64,000 nt of DNA from positions 62,001-126,000 of the forward strand of contig OZ176052.1 in NCBI GenBank assembly GCA_964247055.1, given 5' to 3'. The stretch is from Paragordius varius (taxonomy: Eukaryota > Animalia > Nematomorpha). The translations under genes and the position numbers were made by a program. The notes under the pieces are model-generated. The model saw nothing but the letters and a program-made list of their open reading frames with translations. It searched no databases and was not told the origin of the DNA. Positions within the stretch are counted from its first letter, which is position 1, and every line of letters begins with the position of its first letter. Below, piece by piece: positions 1 through 12,800 of the stretch.

Positions 1-171
1 ATTGCAAATCTAGTAATTTCATTTGTAAATTAATAGGAGCGTTGATAGCCTCATCGTAGAATGGACAACAAAATAAATCAAATATTTTTTCTTTTTTTAT
101 CATATCCCCGTATCGATTATTAAAAGCTTTTGATATGTTAATTTGATCTGCATATTTTGAAAAATCGTTAG

Positions 172-680
172 TTATACCAGCTTGAAATCTATTCGATTCT
201 GGAAAATGTTCAGCATTATTTTTTTTAAATGGCATTCAAATAACGTCAATTTTTTACAAAACGCTTTAATATGGTTATTCGAATCAACAAATAAATTATC
301 TTGCTTTTGCAAGGATTCATTTAATTGATTTAGTTTTTCGGTAATATCTACGGAAAAACATAAATCTGACAACCAATCTTCATTCGTTAATTCCTCTACC
401 AAATAATTATTCTGCAATAGAAAAATATTTATTTCTTTTAATAATAACAAATAAAACCTTTTTAGACATATTTCCCTCGACTAAGCCACCTTACATTAGA
501 AAAATATAAGATCTCCATATTCTGAATGAATTTCTTTTAATAACTCCTTCAAGCGCCTATGCTTCAAAGCATGAGATTTTATAAAATTAATTGCTTTAAT
601 AACAACGGTCACAACATTGTCCATTGTCAGAGTATGTGCGCAGAGATTTTCACGGTGAATCATGCAATGCATTATATATA
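172..680 (-). pseudogene. hAT transposase, C-terminal fragment (frameshifted)
   Basis: HCMIHRENLC..., HRRLKELLKEIHSEYGDL and WLSDLCFSVDITEKLNQLNESLQ match conserved GTF2IRD2/Buster-type blocks but lie in different frames. Confidence 0.85.
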
Positions 681-945
681 TGTAGTAAATCAGGAAACCG
701 TAAAACAATAAGGTTTATTGAGATAAAATGCAAAAACTAAACTACATACAGTTTGCGATGTATATATACTTTTTGTGAATACAATATTTACATGTTAAGC
801 CAAGGTAAAATAACTTGTGCAGGTTAAATACAAAATTGATACAATCGTTTAACTCATATATAAAAGGTCATCAAAATGTATTCAAATCTAATATATAAAT
901 TGGTCTTGTCTAAGGTTAACTAACTTGATGTATTCTAATCTATCA
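681..945 (-). repeat. 3' LTR (265 bp)
   Basis: Direct repeat of 4737-4994; differs by 2 substitutions and a 7-bp insertion (aggttaa). Confidence 0.95.
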
Positions 946-958
946 TATCTCCTTATCC
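946..958 (-). promoter_or_regulatory. Polypurine tract GGATAAGGAGATA
   Basis: Purine-rich tract directly upstream of the 3' LTR, overlapping the pol stop codon. Confidence 0.75.
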
Positions 959-3636
959 AAATCCGAGCCGATCCGGTGCTTTTCTTTCCTTAAGAGGATA
1001 TCTCCTTTCAGGTTCTTTCTCAGTTGTTTTTTCCGTTCTTATTTCAACCTGGGTGTCTTTCTCGTTTTCTTTTTCTTTGCTTGGTTCCTCCCCCACCTCC
1101 CGATTATTGGTTGTCATCTCTTCATCTGTTTGGTTTATCGTTACATTATCCTCCTCCTCAACGCCGTTCTCGACTCCGGTCGGCCGTAATTGATCCGCAT
1201 GCTTGCGAAGTGTTCGATTTCCATCTTTAACCGTGTACGAGGGTACCCCTGTTCTCTCCAAAATTATACCTTTTCTCCACCCTGAATTGATTTCATTCTT
1301 TATGTACACTTCTTCGTCCGGTCTAAAAGTTTGATTAGGAATTATGTCGTTCTCTAATTGTTGTGCGGGTGTTTCCCTAACCCAAGAGAAGGGGGTATTA
1401 ATTGGTCTTTTCAGAATAAATTATACGGGCACTCTTTTGTGGCGCTATGTACGGCGGAGCGATAACCCCATAATACTTGGTTTATTTTTTTGTCAGGAGT
1501 CAGCTTAGAATCCGTTAACGATTTATAGTGTGCTTTTAAGGTGTAAATGACTCGTTCCACCAGCCCATTTGTTCGTGGATGATAGGGGGCGCTAGTGACG
1601 TGTTTGATGTTTGCTCGTTGCAAGGTCTCATTAAAATCTTTCGATGCAAAATATGTTGCATTATCGGTAACGATCATTCGGGGAAACCCGTACCTTACAC
1701 ACCAAATTTCCAACCAATGTGGAATGTTTGCAGAATTAACAGTTCTTAGCAATTCGACTTCAACCCATCTGGAGTTACTATCGATAGCTACTAACCAATA
1801 CAACCCATCTATAGGACCGGCAATATCAAGATGTATCCTTTCCCAGATACCCGTATTAAAATTCCATTTATACGTTGGATTACTTTTTATGTTACTCCGG
1901 TTTAACTGACACCCCATACAAGATCTCACATAATTTTCAATATCTTGGTTTATACCTGGCCAATAAACCCTAGCCTTGGCAGACTCTTTCATTACATTAG
2001 CCCCCGAATGTCCAACATGCAAAAATTTTAACGTTTCATTTCGCAACGCCCTGGGTATAAACAGACGATCGCCCCAATATAACAAACCATATGATTCTTG
2101 TATTTCGTTTCTTATACTCAATACCGAATTTAGAATTGGAGCTGACCAATCATTATGATGTAGAGCCGATTTTAATGCCATCAAAAACTCATCCCGTAAA
2201 GTATTTTCTTTCATTCGCTGTACGCTTAAGTTGTCAGTTGTTAGAAAGTTGATTTGCCTGGGTTGCTCCTCCGCTTCCTCAGTCGGTTCTTCATACGGTA
2301 GACGAGATAACCAATCCGCTAAATTTTCCGAACCATTAATATATTGTATAGTAAAATTATAATCGGCTGTTCTGAGTATCCATCTTACTAATCTACTATT
2401 GTTAATATTACTTAGATCTCTCTTAAAACCAAACAACTTGATCAGGGGTTTATGATCGGTTAATAATACGAACTTTCTGCCATACACAAACATTTTAAAT
2501 TTTTCTAGCGCATATAAAATTGCCCTTGCTTCTTTTTCAATTACAGAGAAATGTTGTTCTGCCTTCGCACATTTTCGAGACGCAAAAGCTATCGGCCGTT
2601 TTCCCTCACTTGTCATATGTGATAAAACTGCTCCGAATCCGTCATTCGATGCATCTGTTTCCAACACTAACGGAAGGTTCGGGTTAAACGGTATTAGACA
2701 TAAGGCATTACTCACCAACAGTTTAGCTTTATCAAAAACCCTCTCTTCTTTTGTCGACCAACACCATTTCTTTGAACATGTAAGCGCATGTAAGTCCGCG
2801 ATTGTAGCATGCAAAGATGGAATAAAACGCGCGTGAAAATTTAACATTCCCAAAAAAGACCGAAGTGATGTTTTATTGGTAGGTGTAGGACAATTCAAAA
2901 TTGCTTTTACTTTTTCGTTATCTGGTTTAATTCCTTTGTCTGAAATTATATATCCTAAGTATGACACTGAGGAACGAGCTAATTGGATTTTATCCTTTTT
3001 TAATTTCAAACCCACAGCAGCTAATTTGTTCAACACTTTTTCTAAATTATCCTTATGCTCCATTACCGTTGTTCCACTAACAATTACATCATCTAAGTAA
3101 ACCGCTGTACCTGGACAATCTTTTAATAACTCATCCATAATTTGTTGAAATATCGTGGGTGCACTAGATATTCCAAATGGCAGTCTCTTAAATCGAAAAA
3201 GGCCTATATGTGAACTAAACGTGAGTAAATGTTGATAATCTTGGTGTATCGGCATTTGCCAGTAAGCTTCTTTTAGATCTAAGGTCGTAAAAACTTTTCC
3301 TTGCCCGATTTTAAACACTAACTGATCAAACGTTGGAATCAGATGATCTACAGGAACCAGACTTGTGTTTAAAGTAACTCTAAAATCACCACATATAAGA
3401 ATATAGTTATCATTCTTTTTAACTATCACCAATGGAGTTACCCAGTCAATTCGTGTTTGCGAGGGGTTTATGGACTCTATAATCCCCAGACTTTCCAGCC
3501 TCTTTAATTCACTCTCCACCTTAGACTGAAGCGGAATAGGTACCCTTCTGGCCGCAAATCTTTTGGGGATACTCCCTTTTTTGAGAAACAACTTAATGGG
3601 TGGTCCCGTGTAACACCCCATACCCTCACAAAACAA
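953..3636 (-). CDS. Retrotransposon Pol: RT, RNase H, integrase (frameshift at about 1412 before the integrase C-terminus)
   Basis: RT motifs LDLKEAYWQ, LPFG, YLDD; RNase H LETDAS and TDHKPL; integrase HHCC-like region and D,D-35-E core (HLDIAG, TDN, NGLVER). Tail resumes in ORF 953-1309. Confidence 0.9.
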
Positions 3637-4695
3637 AATTTATTCAATTCCACGTAATTAACATTTTTTACACATACAGGCTCTGGAAATCTGCATTCAA
3701 AACTTTTCATCCATGGTAGCCCAAAAATGTTACCCCAATCATCCCTCGTAACCATACATTCCAACTGTTTGACCATACCATTCCATTTCACATCTACCAT
3801 ACATTGTCCCATCACCTCTACACCTTGCTGGTTGAACCCAACTATTGGACCCGCGGGAGCTAAGGTCGGCCTCCCAATCTCCATCCACGTGCTCTTCCCA
3901 ATCAATGATATTTGAGCTCCGGTATCGTACAACATCCTCACCCAATGGCCATTCAGACTTGCTTGCGTTCGGGCTTCATTATTATTATTGTTACCATGAA
4001 GTCTATTAACGCGCCGGCAACACCTGCCAAAATGACCACGTCCTTTGCATCGATAACACTCCTTGTTTGAAGCGGGACACCAGTTGATCGCATGCACGTA
4101 TCCACATTTTCCACATTTTTTTCTTATCATCATAACTTGCCTATTGTCGGGACCCTGATCAATCAAACAGCTGTCCGCCTTTTCGTATGCCATTGCCATT
4201 TCTACCACCATCTCCAACGTAACCGGTTTCCCATCAACCATTGCATCTGGAAATTTTGTGAACAGATCTATTTCCAATCTTTTGAGTTGTAACCCTCCAA
4301 CAAACCCATCTCTGATTCTTAGCATTGCATCTTGCCCAAAGTTGCACCGGGCAGCACATTCCTTTACTCGAATCAAAAAATCCATCACTGATTCCGTGGC
4401 TTCCCTTCGGAGTTGCGTAAACTGGAACCTGGCTGCAAACGCATTGTATGTCGGAGCAAATATTTTTTTTCCAGCTGCTACCAAAGCATCCCAGCCCACT
4501 TCCTCTAACAGTACAGGATAAAAGAATTTCTTCAACTTTGGAATATGGGATAGACCAATGTAGGCCAATAGTAAGTTTTTTTTTTGTTTCATCATCTTCT
4601 GGAATTAATTTCACTTTTAACATTCTCTTTATATAATCTATGTAATCCTCGAAACTCGTTGCTGGATCAAAGGGTTCTAAACTTAATTTCTCCAT
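3504..4695 (-). CDS. Retrotransposon Gag + aspartic protease (frameshift at about 4580)
   Basis: ATG at 4695 (MEKLSLEPFDP...); frame change in an A10 run; CGKCGYVHAINWC and CYRCKGRGHFGRCC knuckles; protease motif LYDTGAQISLI. Confidence 0.85.
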
Positions 4696-4720
4696 GCGCG
4701 AATGTAATGAGGTAAAAAAA

Positions 4721-4734
4721 ATTCGACCGCGCCA
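4721..4734 (-). promoter_or_regulatory. Primer-binding site TGGCGCGGTCGAAT
   Basis: Begins with TGG 2 nt inside the 5' LTR; cognate tRNA not determined. Confidence 0.75.
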
Positions 4735-4736
4735 AA

Positions 4737-4994
4737 TGTAGTAAATCAAGAAACCGTAAAACAATAAGATTTATTGAGATAAAATGCAAAAACTAAACTA
4801 CATACAGTTTGCGATGTATATATACTTTTTGTGAATACAATATTTACATGTTAAGCCAAGGTAAAATAACTTGTGCAGGTTAAATACAAAATTGATACAA
4901 TCGTTTAACTCATATATAAAAGGTCATCAAAATGTATTCAAATCTAATATATAAATTGGTCTTGTCTACTAACTTGATGTATTCTAATCTATCA
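4737..4994 (-). repeat. 5' LTR (258 bp)
   Basis: Minus strand TGATAG...ACTACA; matches 681-945. Confidence 0.95.
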
Positions 4995-4999
4995 ATATA

Positions 5000-5740
5000 T
5001 GTGGTCAATATTAATGCCATCGGTTCCATCTTATTTAACAATAATTTCACGGTTCCCTTGTTTTTTTTCCATCATAGCTGGGGCACCAGTTGTCAAACAA
5101 GATAGCGCCCTCATATTTAATTTATTGTCCTCAATACATTTTTAAAATTGCATGAAACATATCATCTCCCTTAGTTGTATTTTTCATCGGAAGTAAGCCT
5201 AACATATCTTCTGTTATTTTAAAAAATTTATCTATCCCTCGAATAAAGACTACCAATGATATGTTGCTTATATCTGTGCTTTCATCAAATGACAAGGAAA
5301 ACGCCACAAATTTTGAATTCTTTCTTTTAGGGAAAATTGAATTTCTTCTGCAATGTCTGTAATTCGTCGACACATAGTATTGCGCGAAAGACTTATACTG
5401 AATATTAATTCAACTTTATTAGACACATTATATAATTTCCAGTACGCATTCCTTTACCAACTCACCATCAGAATAAGTCTCCATTTTTTTGGCGAGTAAT
5501 TTAGCAACAATATAACTTGCCTTTACTATCGGATAAGGTTGCGTGAAAAATTGTTGGTTCGCGATTATTAATATTTTTTAACTAATTTTATTTTTTTCAT
5601 TTCTGTAGTCATAAAAATCCAAATGCATGGTATTGGCATGTCTTTTTAAATTATATTCGCGAAACCCGTTTGTCGTAAATTTGCAAATAAGGCACTCCGC
5701 TTATGTTATCTTGTAAAGATGAGGAGATAATATAAGAAAT
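5000..5740 (-). pseudogene. hAT transposase, N-terminal/catalytic fragment (frameshifted)
   Basis: BED-like CLICK...EYNLKRH...H, ASYIVAKLLAKK, SLSRNTMCRRI, FSLSFDESTD (first catalytic Asp) and a degenerate T(D)GAPAM, split over frames by indels and stops. Confidence 0.85.
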
Positions 5741-6061
5741 GTGAAATGAGTTATTTATTTGGTTTTTTAGGGTTTATAAATAGTAATTTTATTTGTACAT
5801 AATTTGCATTATATCAATAAAATTTCTAGTAACAAAGGATAAAATATTTACATATTACACAAAAAATATAGAAAATAATACAATTCAAACGGTGAAAGTT
5901 ATGATATACAACCAAGGTATGTATCTCACATTTGCATGTAACACAGAAAATTATGATAAAAAACAAAGTATATCTTTCAGATTTGCATAACAGCTTAGTA
6001 AATCCATATTTTAATTCCTCGGGATTGTATTTTTTAGTTACTATTTTAGATTTATGCATAT

Positions 6062-6335
6062 TGAAAGCTAAATAAATTATTTTAAATACCTATTTTTTTG
6101 CAAGTAATTTAATGTTTCAATGGACCCATATATAATTCCCAGTATTGGTATGAAAGCTAGATAAATTTTTTAAATACTTATTTTTCGCAAGTATTTCAAT
6201 GTTTCATTGGACCCAAATTATAATTCCTACCTATTTTTTGCAAGTATTTCAATGTTTCAATGGACCCATATTATAATTCTCAGTATTGGTATGGACGCTA
6301 AATAAATTATTTTAAATACCTATTTTTTGCAAGTT
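6062..6335. repeat. About 89-bp imperfect tandem repeat (about 3 units) in the hAT 5' region
   Basis: Recurring aaataaattattttaaatacctattttttgcaagt...aatgtttcaatggaccca. Confidence 0.8.
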
Positions 6336-6888
6336 AAGGATTTAATTTAATTTGAAAGTTATCATCTTGAAGTTGGAAATAATATGTAGGAAAAAATGTG
6401 CTTTATAAATGATTAATTGAATGCGATGATAGATATGTATAAAAGAATTTTATTAAAAGTTTCTAAAAATAATTTAAATGTTAAAATAAAAATGCATAAT
6501 TTACATAGAAAAAATTTTTAAAAAAAATTAGAAATAATTTTTTTTCAAAATTTTCAAAGAGCCACTCAAAATTTTCAATGAGCCACTAGTGGCTCGCGAG
6601 TACCCTGTTGGACACCCCTGCTTTAGAGAAATAAAAAGATACATTCATCGACACACTTTTAATAGAGCCCCACTATATAAAATTTGGCGGAATAACTGCT
6701 ATGGCATAAATCCATGACCAAAACCTTACTTTCAAAAAAGAAAAAGAGACGATACAATGTATATTATATATTTTTTATAATTAATTATAAAACTACAATA
6801 GTCAAAACAATTTGGAAACAGTTCTAATAATTATTTATTCCACATCTTGAATTCAAAATAATAAAAAAATTTCATATGTAATTTGGAT

Positions 6889-9800
6889 TTATTCAGTTAT
6901 AGGCGGCGAATATTCTGCTATAAGATAAGACAGAGGCACGACAAATGAAATCCGCATCATATGTTTAAAGGGGGCGACTTTCCGAACACTCACTGTTTCT
7001 AATATCTCAATATCCTCCAATCTTATTTGAGTTGAAGGATCGGGACAATCTATAATGTATAAAAACAAAAAAATCAAGGTCAAGTTAGAATAAATTAGAG
7101 GGCTGAGATTAACCATTTATAATTGGATTCATTTACAGTTATAATAAAATGAAATATATGTTATGGCTAAAATAAAGAAAAGCTTTATATAATATGGCTT
7201 TTAGATGCGTTAAAAATGAATGATCATGTAATAACAATTTGAAATTTATTATTATTAAATTAAGTCATTAACTTCCAAAACGGTATCAAATAATCAGATC
7301 TTTTAAAGCTAGTTAAATATAAATATGTAACTTAAATAATTGTAAATCAGAAAATATAATACCCTTATTTAAAAATTCAATGAAAGTTTGTTTAGCCGGA
7401 ATTCTTGGGTCTTCGGAATCATCGCGTAGGAAGAAATATGCATGAATAATTAATCGATGGTTAGGGCCATTTTTACCATTTAAGTTATATTGGTTTTCCT
7501 CTTTCGAAACTGTATCGTTTTTGGATTTTGAACAAGCATTGGTTTTTGTGAAGAGATTTCGAAAAGTTGACAAAATGGATAATGTAGTGGAAGGCAAATT
7601 AATGGGCACATGGAAATCGCCAATTTCTTTAAACCAGTCTTTATTATCATTAACAATGTTTTGAATAATTTCATCAATACTATTAGGAATGTTGTTGTAA
7701 TTAATTGAATTATCTTTCGTGTGATTTAGTTTAATCAGCTGATCTCCATCCGAATTTGAGGTTAAACATAAACTCAGATACAGTGGTGCGATTACATGGC
7801 GTATGAAATCGCAAACATCAAGGCATGTAATATGTATAGTTTGAGGCTATGTGAAAAGCAAACGTAAAAATTAAAAGGCAAATATTTAATTTTTTTGACA
7901 TAACCTATCGTTTTGGGTTACATAAAAGTTGAAAATTCACTTTCAATTATAATCATTAGGGTTATAGTTTCAAAAAATCATATTTATAAAGTATGGCTTA
8001 AGAAAATGGACTTTTAATATTTTATATTTGTCAATTTTTCTTAATAAAAAAATAATTAAAAAATAGTATTATGCGTTTTGATAAATTCATACATTAATTT
8101 TATTGAGTTTAACATTTTGTTGTAGGGCAGTAACGCAATCAGGATTGAGATCATTTGCAAAAACGTGAAAACAGCCAACCCTTTTGCAGGCTGGAATTAC
8201 GAAAGGACCGACCCCAGCACACGGATCCAATAAAACATCTTGAGGTGTTAAGAATTCTAAATTATACGGACAAAACGTAAAAATATAAAGACAAATATTT
8301 TCAAAGACAACCATACTTTTTAAATCTATTTTATCAATAAAACTCATTGTTTTAAATGGCAAAGTGTGAATAGACATATATAAGACTAACACAATCCATT
8401 CTATATTTTACAAATGTAACTAAGTAGCTTATATGAGAAACATTAAGGTTTTAAAAAGTATGGGGTTGTCTTTTAGAAAAAAATATTTGTCTTTATATTT
8501 TTACCTTTTGTCCGTATAATTTCAATTTTCACTGTATTTTGTTTCAATTTTCGCGTTAAACAAAACCTTAAAATTAAGTATATGGCGCCCCCTTTGATTT
8601 TTTGACATAAATCGAGTTTTTAAATAAAAGATCCAAATTGGTAAAAGTTACATTAACTAATTATAGACTCAAATATAAGATAAAATATTATTTTTGTAAA
8701 TTGTGCCATAATATAAATATTATAAAATCTATTAAAAAAATTTAGCTGAAATGCGTATATTAAAAAAATATAAATTTTAATTTTCAACTTTTATAGTATA
8801 GTCTTTATCGAAAAAATAATTTTATATAAAAATGTAACAATTTAAGATAAAAAAGTGCAATTATATTTTTTAAAAAAAGATTATTATAATTTTAATAAAA
8901 ATGTTTAAAAACAATTAAACATAACAACAAGAAAATTTTTTAGATAATCTGATCTAAAAAATTGGCAACTTAAACTTGTAATTCTTTCGTGTTCTGTACT
9001 CAATCGCGGATTCCAATAAACTTTGGCAAAATCGAATTGGAAAACGCATCCGTTTTCGTGGACCGTTACTTGTGTATTTGGATTACCTTTAAACACATAA
9101 CATATATATGGAATAAACTCAATTATCAGGGATAAAATCTTTCAAAACAGTTTTAAAACCAAAAAATCCAAAACGATTGCGATACTGTTTATAATCATGG
9201 ACCGCTTTTCTATTTTATTTATTTAAAAATATTTTATTGAAAAGTAGCATGCAATTTTTTTTGTATTTTATATGTTTATATTTTTGTGGTTATTCATTGT
9301 TTTATGGATATTTATGAGTTAAGAGCTAGTCGCCCTTACTCTTAGCTTTCTCATTAATTAGTGTTTCCTGGGTATTTCAACAGCGTTCCAGAGAATTCAA
9401 AATCTCAAATGCGCGCTCCAATATGTTGGTAAGTTACAAATTAGAATTTGACTGTGCAAGTTGAATAATAGGGAAGCACATCTTTAATTCCACCTTTGTG
9501 AATGAGAAATAAATTGGTAGAAGGGTATTGTGTTTTGATGCGGCTGTTTGCTCAGTATTCAGCGTTTGTGACAAAAGTATTTGTGAGAGGTCACGCTGTA
9601 ATGCTCCATAAAATGTTATGGTTAAATGAGTTAGATAGCCATACTAAAATCTATTAAACAGTGGTATAAACTTTTAATAATATCCTTGGATTATATCGAG
9701 ATTAATTATATGATATCTAGTGTTTCGGATATCTATTGTTTCGTTTTGATCTAAACCTATCTTGTAAATCGGCTATTTTATAATAAAATGCAGTTGTGTT

Positions 9801-12800
9801 TCTTTTGAGTTTAATCTTAAGAAGTTTGGATTTGTTGGTAATAACATTCGATTGCTTTGCCAGAGATGAGGATTGCCTTTTTTAAAGAACGGTAGAGGAT
9901 CCAGTCGTAAAGCAAAGTGTAAGATTAAATAGAAGTTTAGTTAATTAACCTAGGGGGGATTGAGTCGAGAATCGGATTGAAATATCATAGTACCTAAGGG
10001 ATTAGAGGAAGAAAAATGTTTAAGACGAACAAATTTCATCCGCCAACAAATTCCAAAAATCCCATTTGTTGGCTCCTCATAACACCCACAATAGGGGGAG
10101 AGAATCAGTAATTCTGACAACGTAATAACCAAACAAATGAAATAATTAAAGGTAAGAATTTGGAACGTTTTTCTATCGTAATGCCCAACCATGTCATTCA
10201 TTAAAAGCTTATACTGAATTATAACTTGATCCCCCAATTTGACGAAATTTTATTGACTTCAAAACATTTCTAATTCTCCACCTTAAAATACAATAACAGC
10301 CTAATCACGATCCTACACCCCATTTCTCTATATTCTTGGCCTGACTGGATCAATTCGTGTCTCATATTGTTCTTTAAAAAAAACTCACCTCTGTCAGAAC
10401 TATTGAATGATTACACACAAACTATCCAAACTACCCCTTAAGATAACCTCAAAAAAATCTCAGGTGCATTATTTTATGAAATATCTGATATACAAGCTGG
10501 CTTTAAATCAAAGCGAAATGCTAAAATATAATTAATCCTAATACTTTACAAAAGATATAAGATTCGGTTAAAAAGTTTTATTTTCGACACATTTAACCGT
10601 GAATTTCCATGGAACAACATTTTACAGTTTTCCGGAGTCATCTCTCACATATTACTTTATCACATTCGCTGTATATTAGGCAAACAGCGGCGATTAAAAC
10701 CTATTACGGCCTCATAGATTAGTTTCCTATGCTCAGAGGTGTAAATTAATTCCCCTTCCTATTCAATACTTATCCACAGAAACTTTAATGCGCAACTGTG
10801 ACTTTCCACAACACATTGAAGCGTGCGGGTATCGGAGATCTTAGTCTGTGTTTGTGCAATCTCTGACATGATTTATTATCTTGAATAGATTCATCATCGA
10901 ATCAAATCTGATAAGAAAATAATATTCACTTAGCGCTCGCCAGTTATCATTATTATTCAATGGTTCCTCCATCGACTTAACCATCTTTAAGTTCTATTTT
11001 TGCATCTTACGGCAGTTTGGATGCCGATATCTCTGATAACAGCTTGCATTAGGGCGCATTACCATGGGTAAGCTGTTAATTCAGAATTCTTTTGTCGTAA
11101 AACTATAAATTAATCAAGGCATTGGTTAATCCCATTGCTATTTATGGGGCTGAATCATGGATATGTAACATTTATAAAACCTCCATCAACACATTTTAGA
11201 TTTGGTGCTTCCGAAAATTTTCGGAATCTTTTAGAAATTTATATATATACTTAACTTGGTTAAACCGATTTCTTACTTTACGATCTGATAATCTACAGAC
11301 AATTAAAATTTCTCGATCATATTCTACGATCAAATTCCCTGGAAAAAAACATACTCAGACCCGCAAAATAAGCCGCCCCAAAAAAGCTCGATTCCTCCAA
11401 GTTACAAAGCTTACCATTCTTTAAATAATTCAAGAGTTACAAGATTGTTTGAAATGGAAAAGATCAATACGCGACTAACTTTAAACACAAACATATTTGA
11501 GAGAATTAGTTAAATATTCAGATTATTGGGCTAACAAAGAAAATGGGAAATATGGTGGTCATTAAAATAACCAGACGCTTTAAATTTTTCCTATCGCTTA
11601 ATTATATCATTTTGTGAAGAATAATATTTAGTCATTATCAAGGTTATTAATGCTCCCAAGATTTAGAGAGTTCTCAACAACTAACAAATGTAATTATTAT
11701 AAAAAATTTGACCTTTGGTATTAACCAGCCCTAAATCTCTACAGGTCGTAAGGTATTAAGAACTTAATCGGAGTGAAATTATTAATGAATTTAGCCATTC
11801 TGTCTGTGTTTGTTTTAATGGATGAAAACTAGTATCAACACATACGTCTCACTCCGGCAAAAATAACATAATTCCCTTTACCAAAAAACGCGGAATAGTT
11901 AAAATCAACGATAATATCACTCGATTATTAATTTCTCGATTCCAAACAATAATTATACCCATAAATCATAAAAATAGAAATTTTTTTGGCAAAATATAAG
12001 ATAAACCGAAATTAGCCCGTTTTTATTTTCAAAAATAATGTGAATTAGAACAATCAGAACAAATAAAAAGTAACCGAATTTTCATGGATTCATCAAATAT
12101 TTTCCTTGAACATTTTGCAGGGTTTTAGTAAAACTCCCAAAAATTTGCAATTAATATGATAGCAAAATACCAGCAAGTATTTCAGATTCAAAATTTCGGA
12201 ATTCATTTGAAATGTCGGCTTGTTTATTCAAAACGGTTTCCACGTTTACCAATTTATCTTTAAGGACTTGTCCTAAAAATTTATAAATATAATTAAAAAG
12301 ATATATTTTAAAACTTAAACTAATAAAAAAGTAAACCTATTACATATTTGTAGGGATGTTGTATTGGACGCAAATTAAGATGAATTAGAGATCCGATTCG
12401 GCTATAGCTTGAAACCATGGCATCTGATGGTAAAATTCGAGAAAATATTTCGGAATAACTGAAATTTTCATACGTTAAATGTAAGGGATATGGTTTCAAT
12501 TCAACATTTAATTTTTGCAAAATCTTATCCAATTGAGCGGTATTATCAAACTTGGAATCAAATAAAAATGTTGATGATTTATCAGCTTGTTTAATGGGAT
12601 TGCACAATTTGGGTTTCTTAAGTAGAAATGGTTTAAGATCTTTAATTTGTCCATTGTTTTTAACGGTAAAAGTGGCAGATGGTACAATTTCACATAAAGT
12701 GAATTGATTTTCATCTAGTTGAACCGGTTTCATCAGATAATTCAAATTGTACAAAACGGCTTTTGTTTTTCTAATGGACCATTTCAAAAGGGTTTGAATT

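Larger units (their letters stand above)
681..4994 (-). mobile_element. Ty3/Gypsy LTR retrotransposon, Mag-like, full length (4314 bp)
   Basis: Two near-identical TG...CA LTRs, 5-bp TSD ATATA (676-680 and 4995-4999), PBS and PPT. Domain order gag-PR-RT-RH-IN. Tandem CCHC knuckles and an RR-ERKAPDRL integrase tail are typical of Mag-group elements. Confidence 0.95.
1..6620 (-). mobile_element. Degenerate hAT DNA transposon (Buster/Charlie/SPIN, GTF2IRD2-like), interrupted by an LTR retrotransposon; 3' end outside window
   Basis: Minus-strand terminus CAGGGGTGTCCAAC ends at 6620, followed by subterminal GAGCCACTAGTGGCTC. The flank CTTTAGAG (6621-6628) fits the Buster-type NNNTANNN target. Transposase motifs lie on both sides of the LTR insertion. 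Confidence 0.85.

Noticed and set aside
3555-3575. A AAA AAG slippery heptamer in the gag/pol overlap
   Set aside because: Pol-type homology (LFCEGMGCYTGPP) begins upstream of it, so slipping there would lose conserved residues.
1024-4636. Plus-strand and alternative-frame ORFs within the retrotransposon
   Set aside because: Antisense shadows of gag-pol with no recognisable domains.
7570-7615. Trm5 HVPINLP instead of the usual (V/I)MNLP
   Set aside because: The key Asn and Pro are retained; ordinary divergence.
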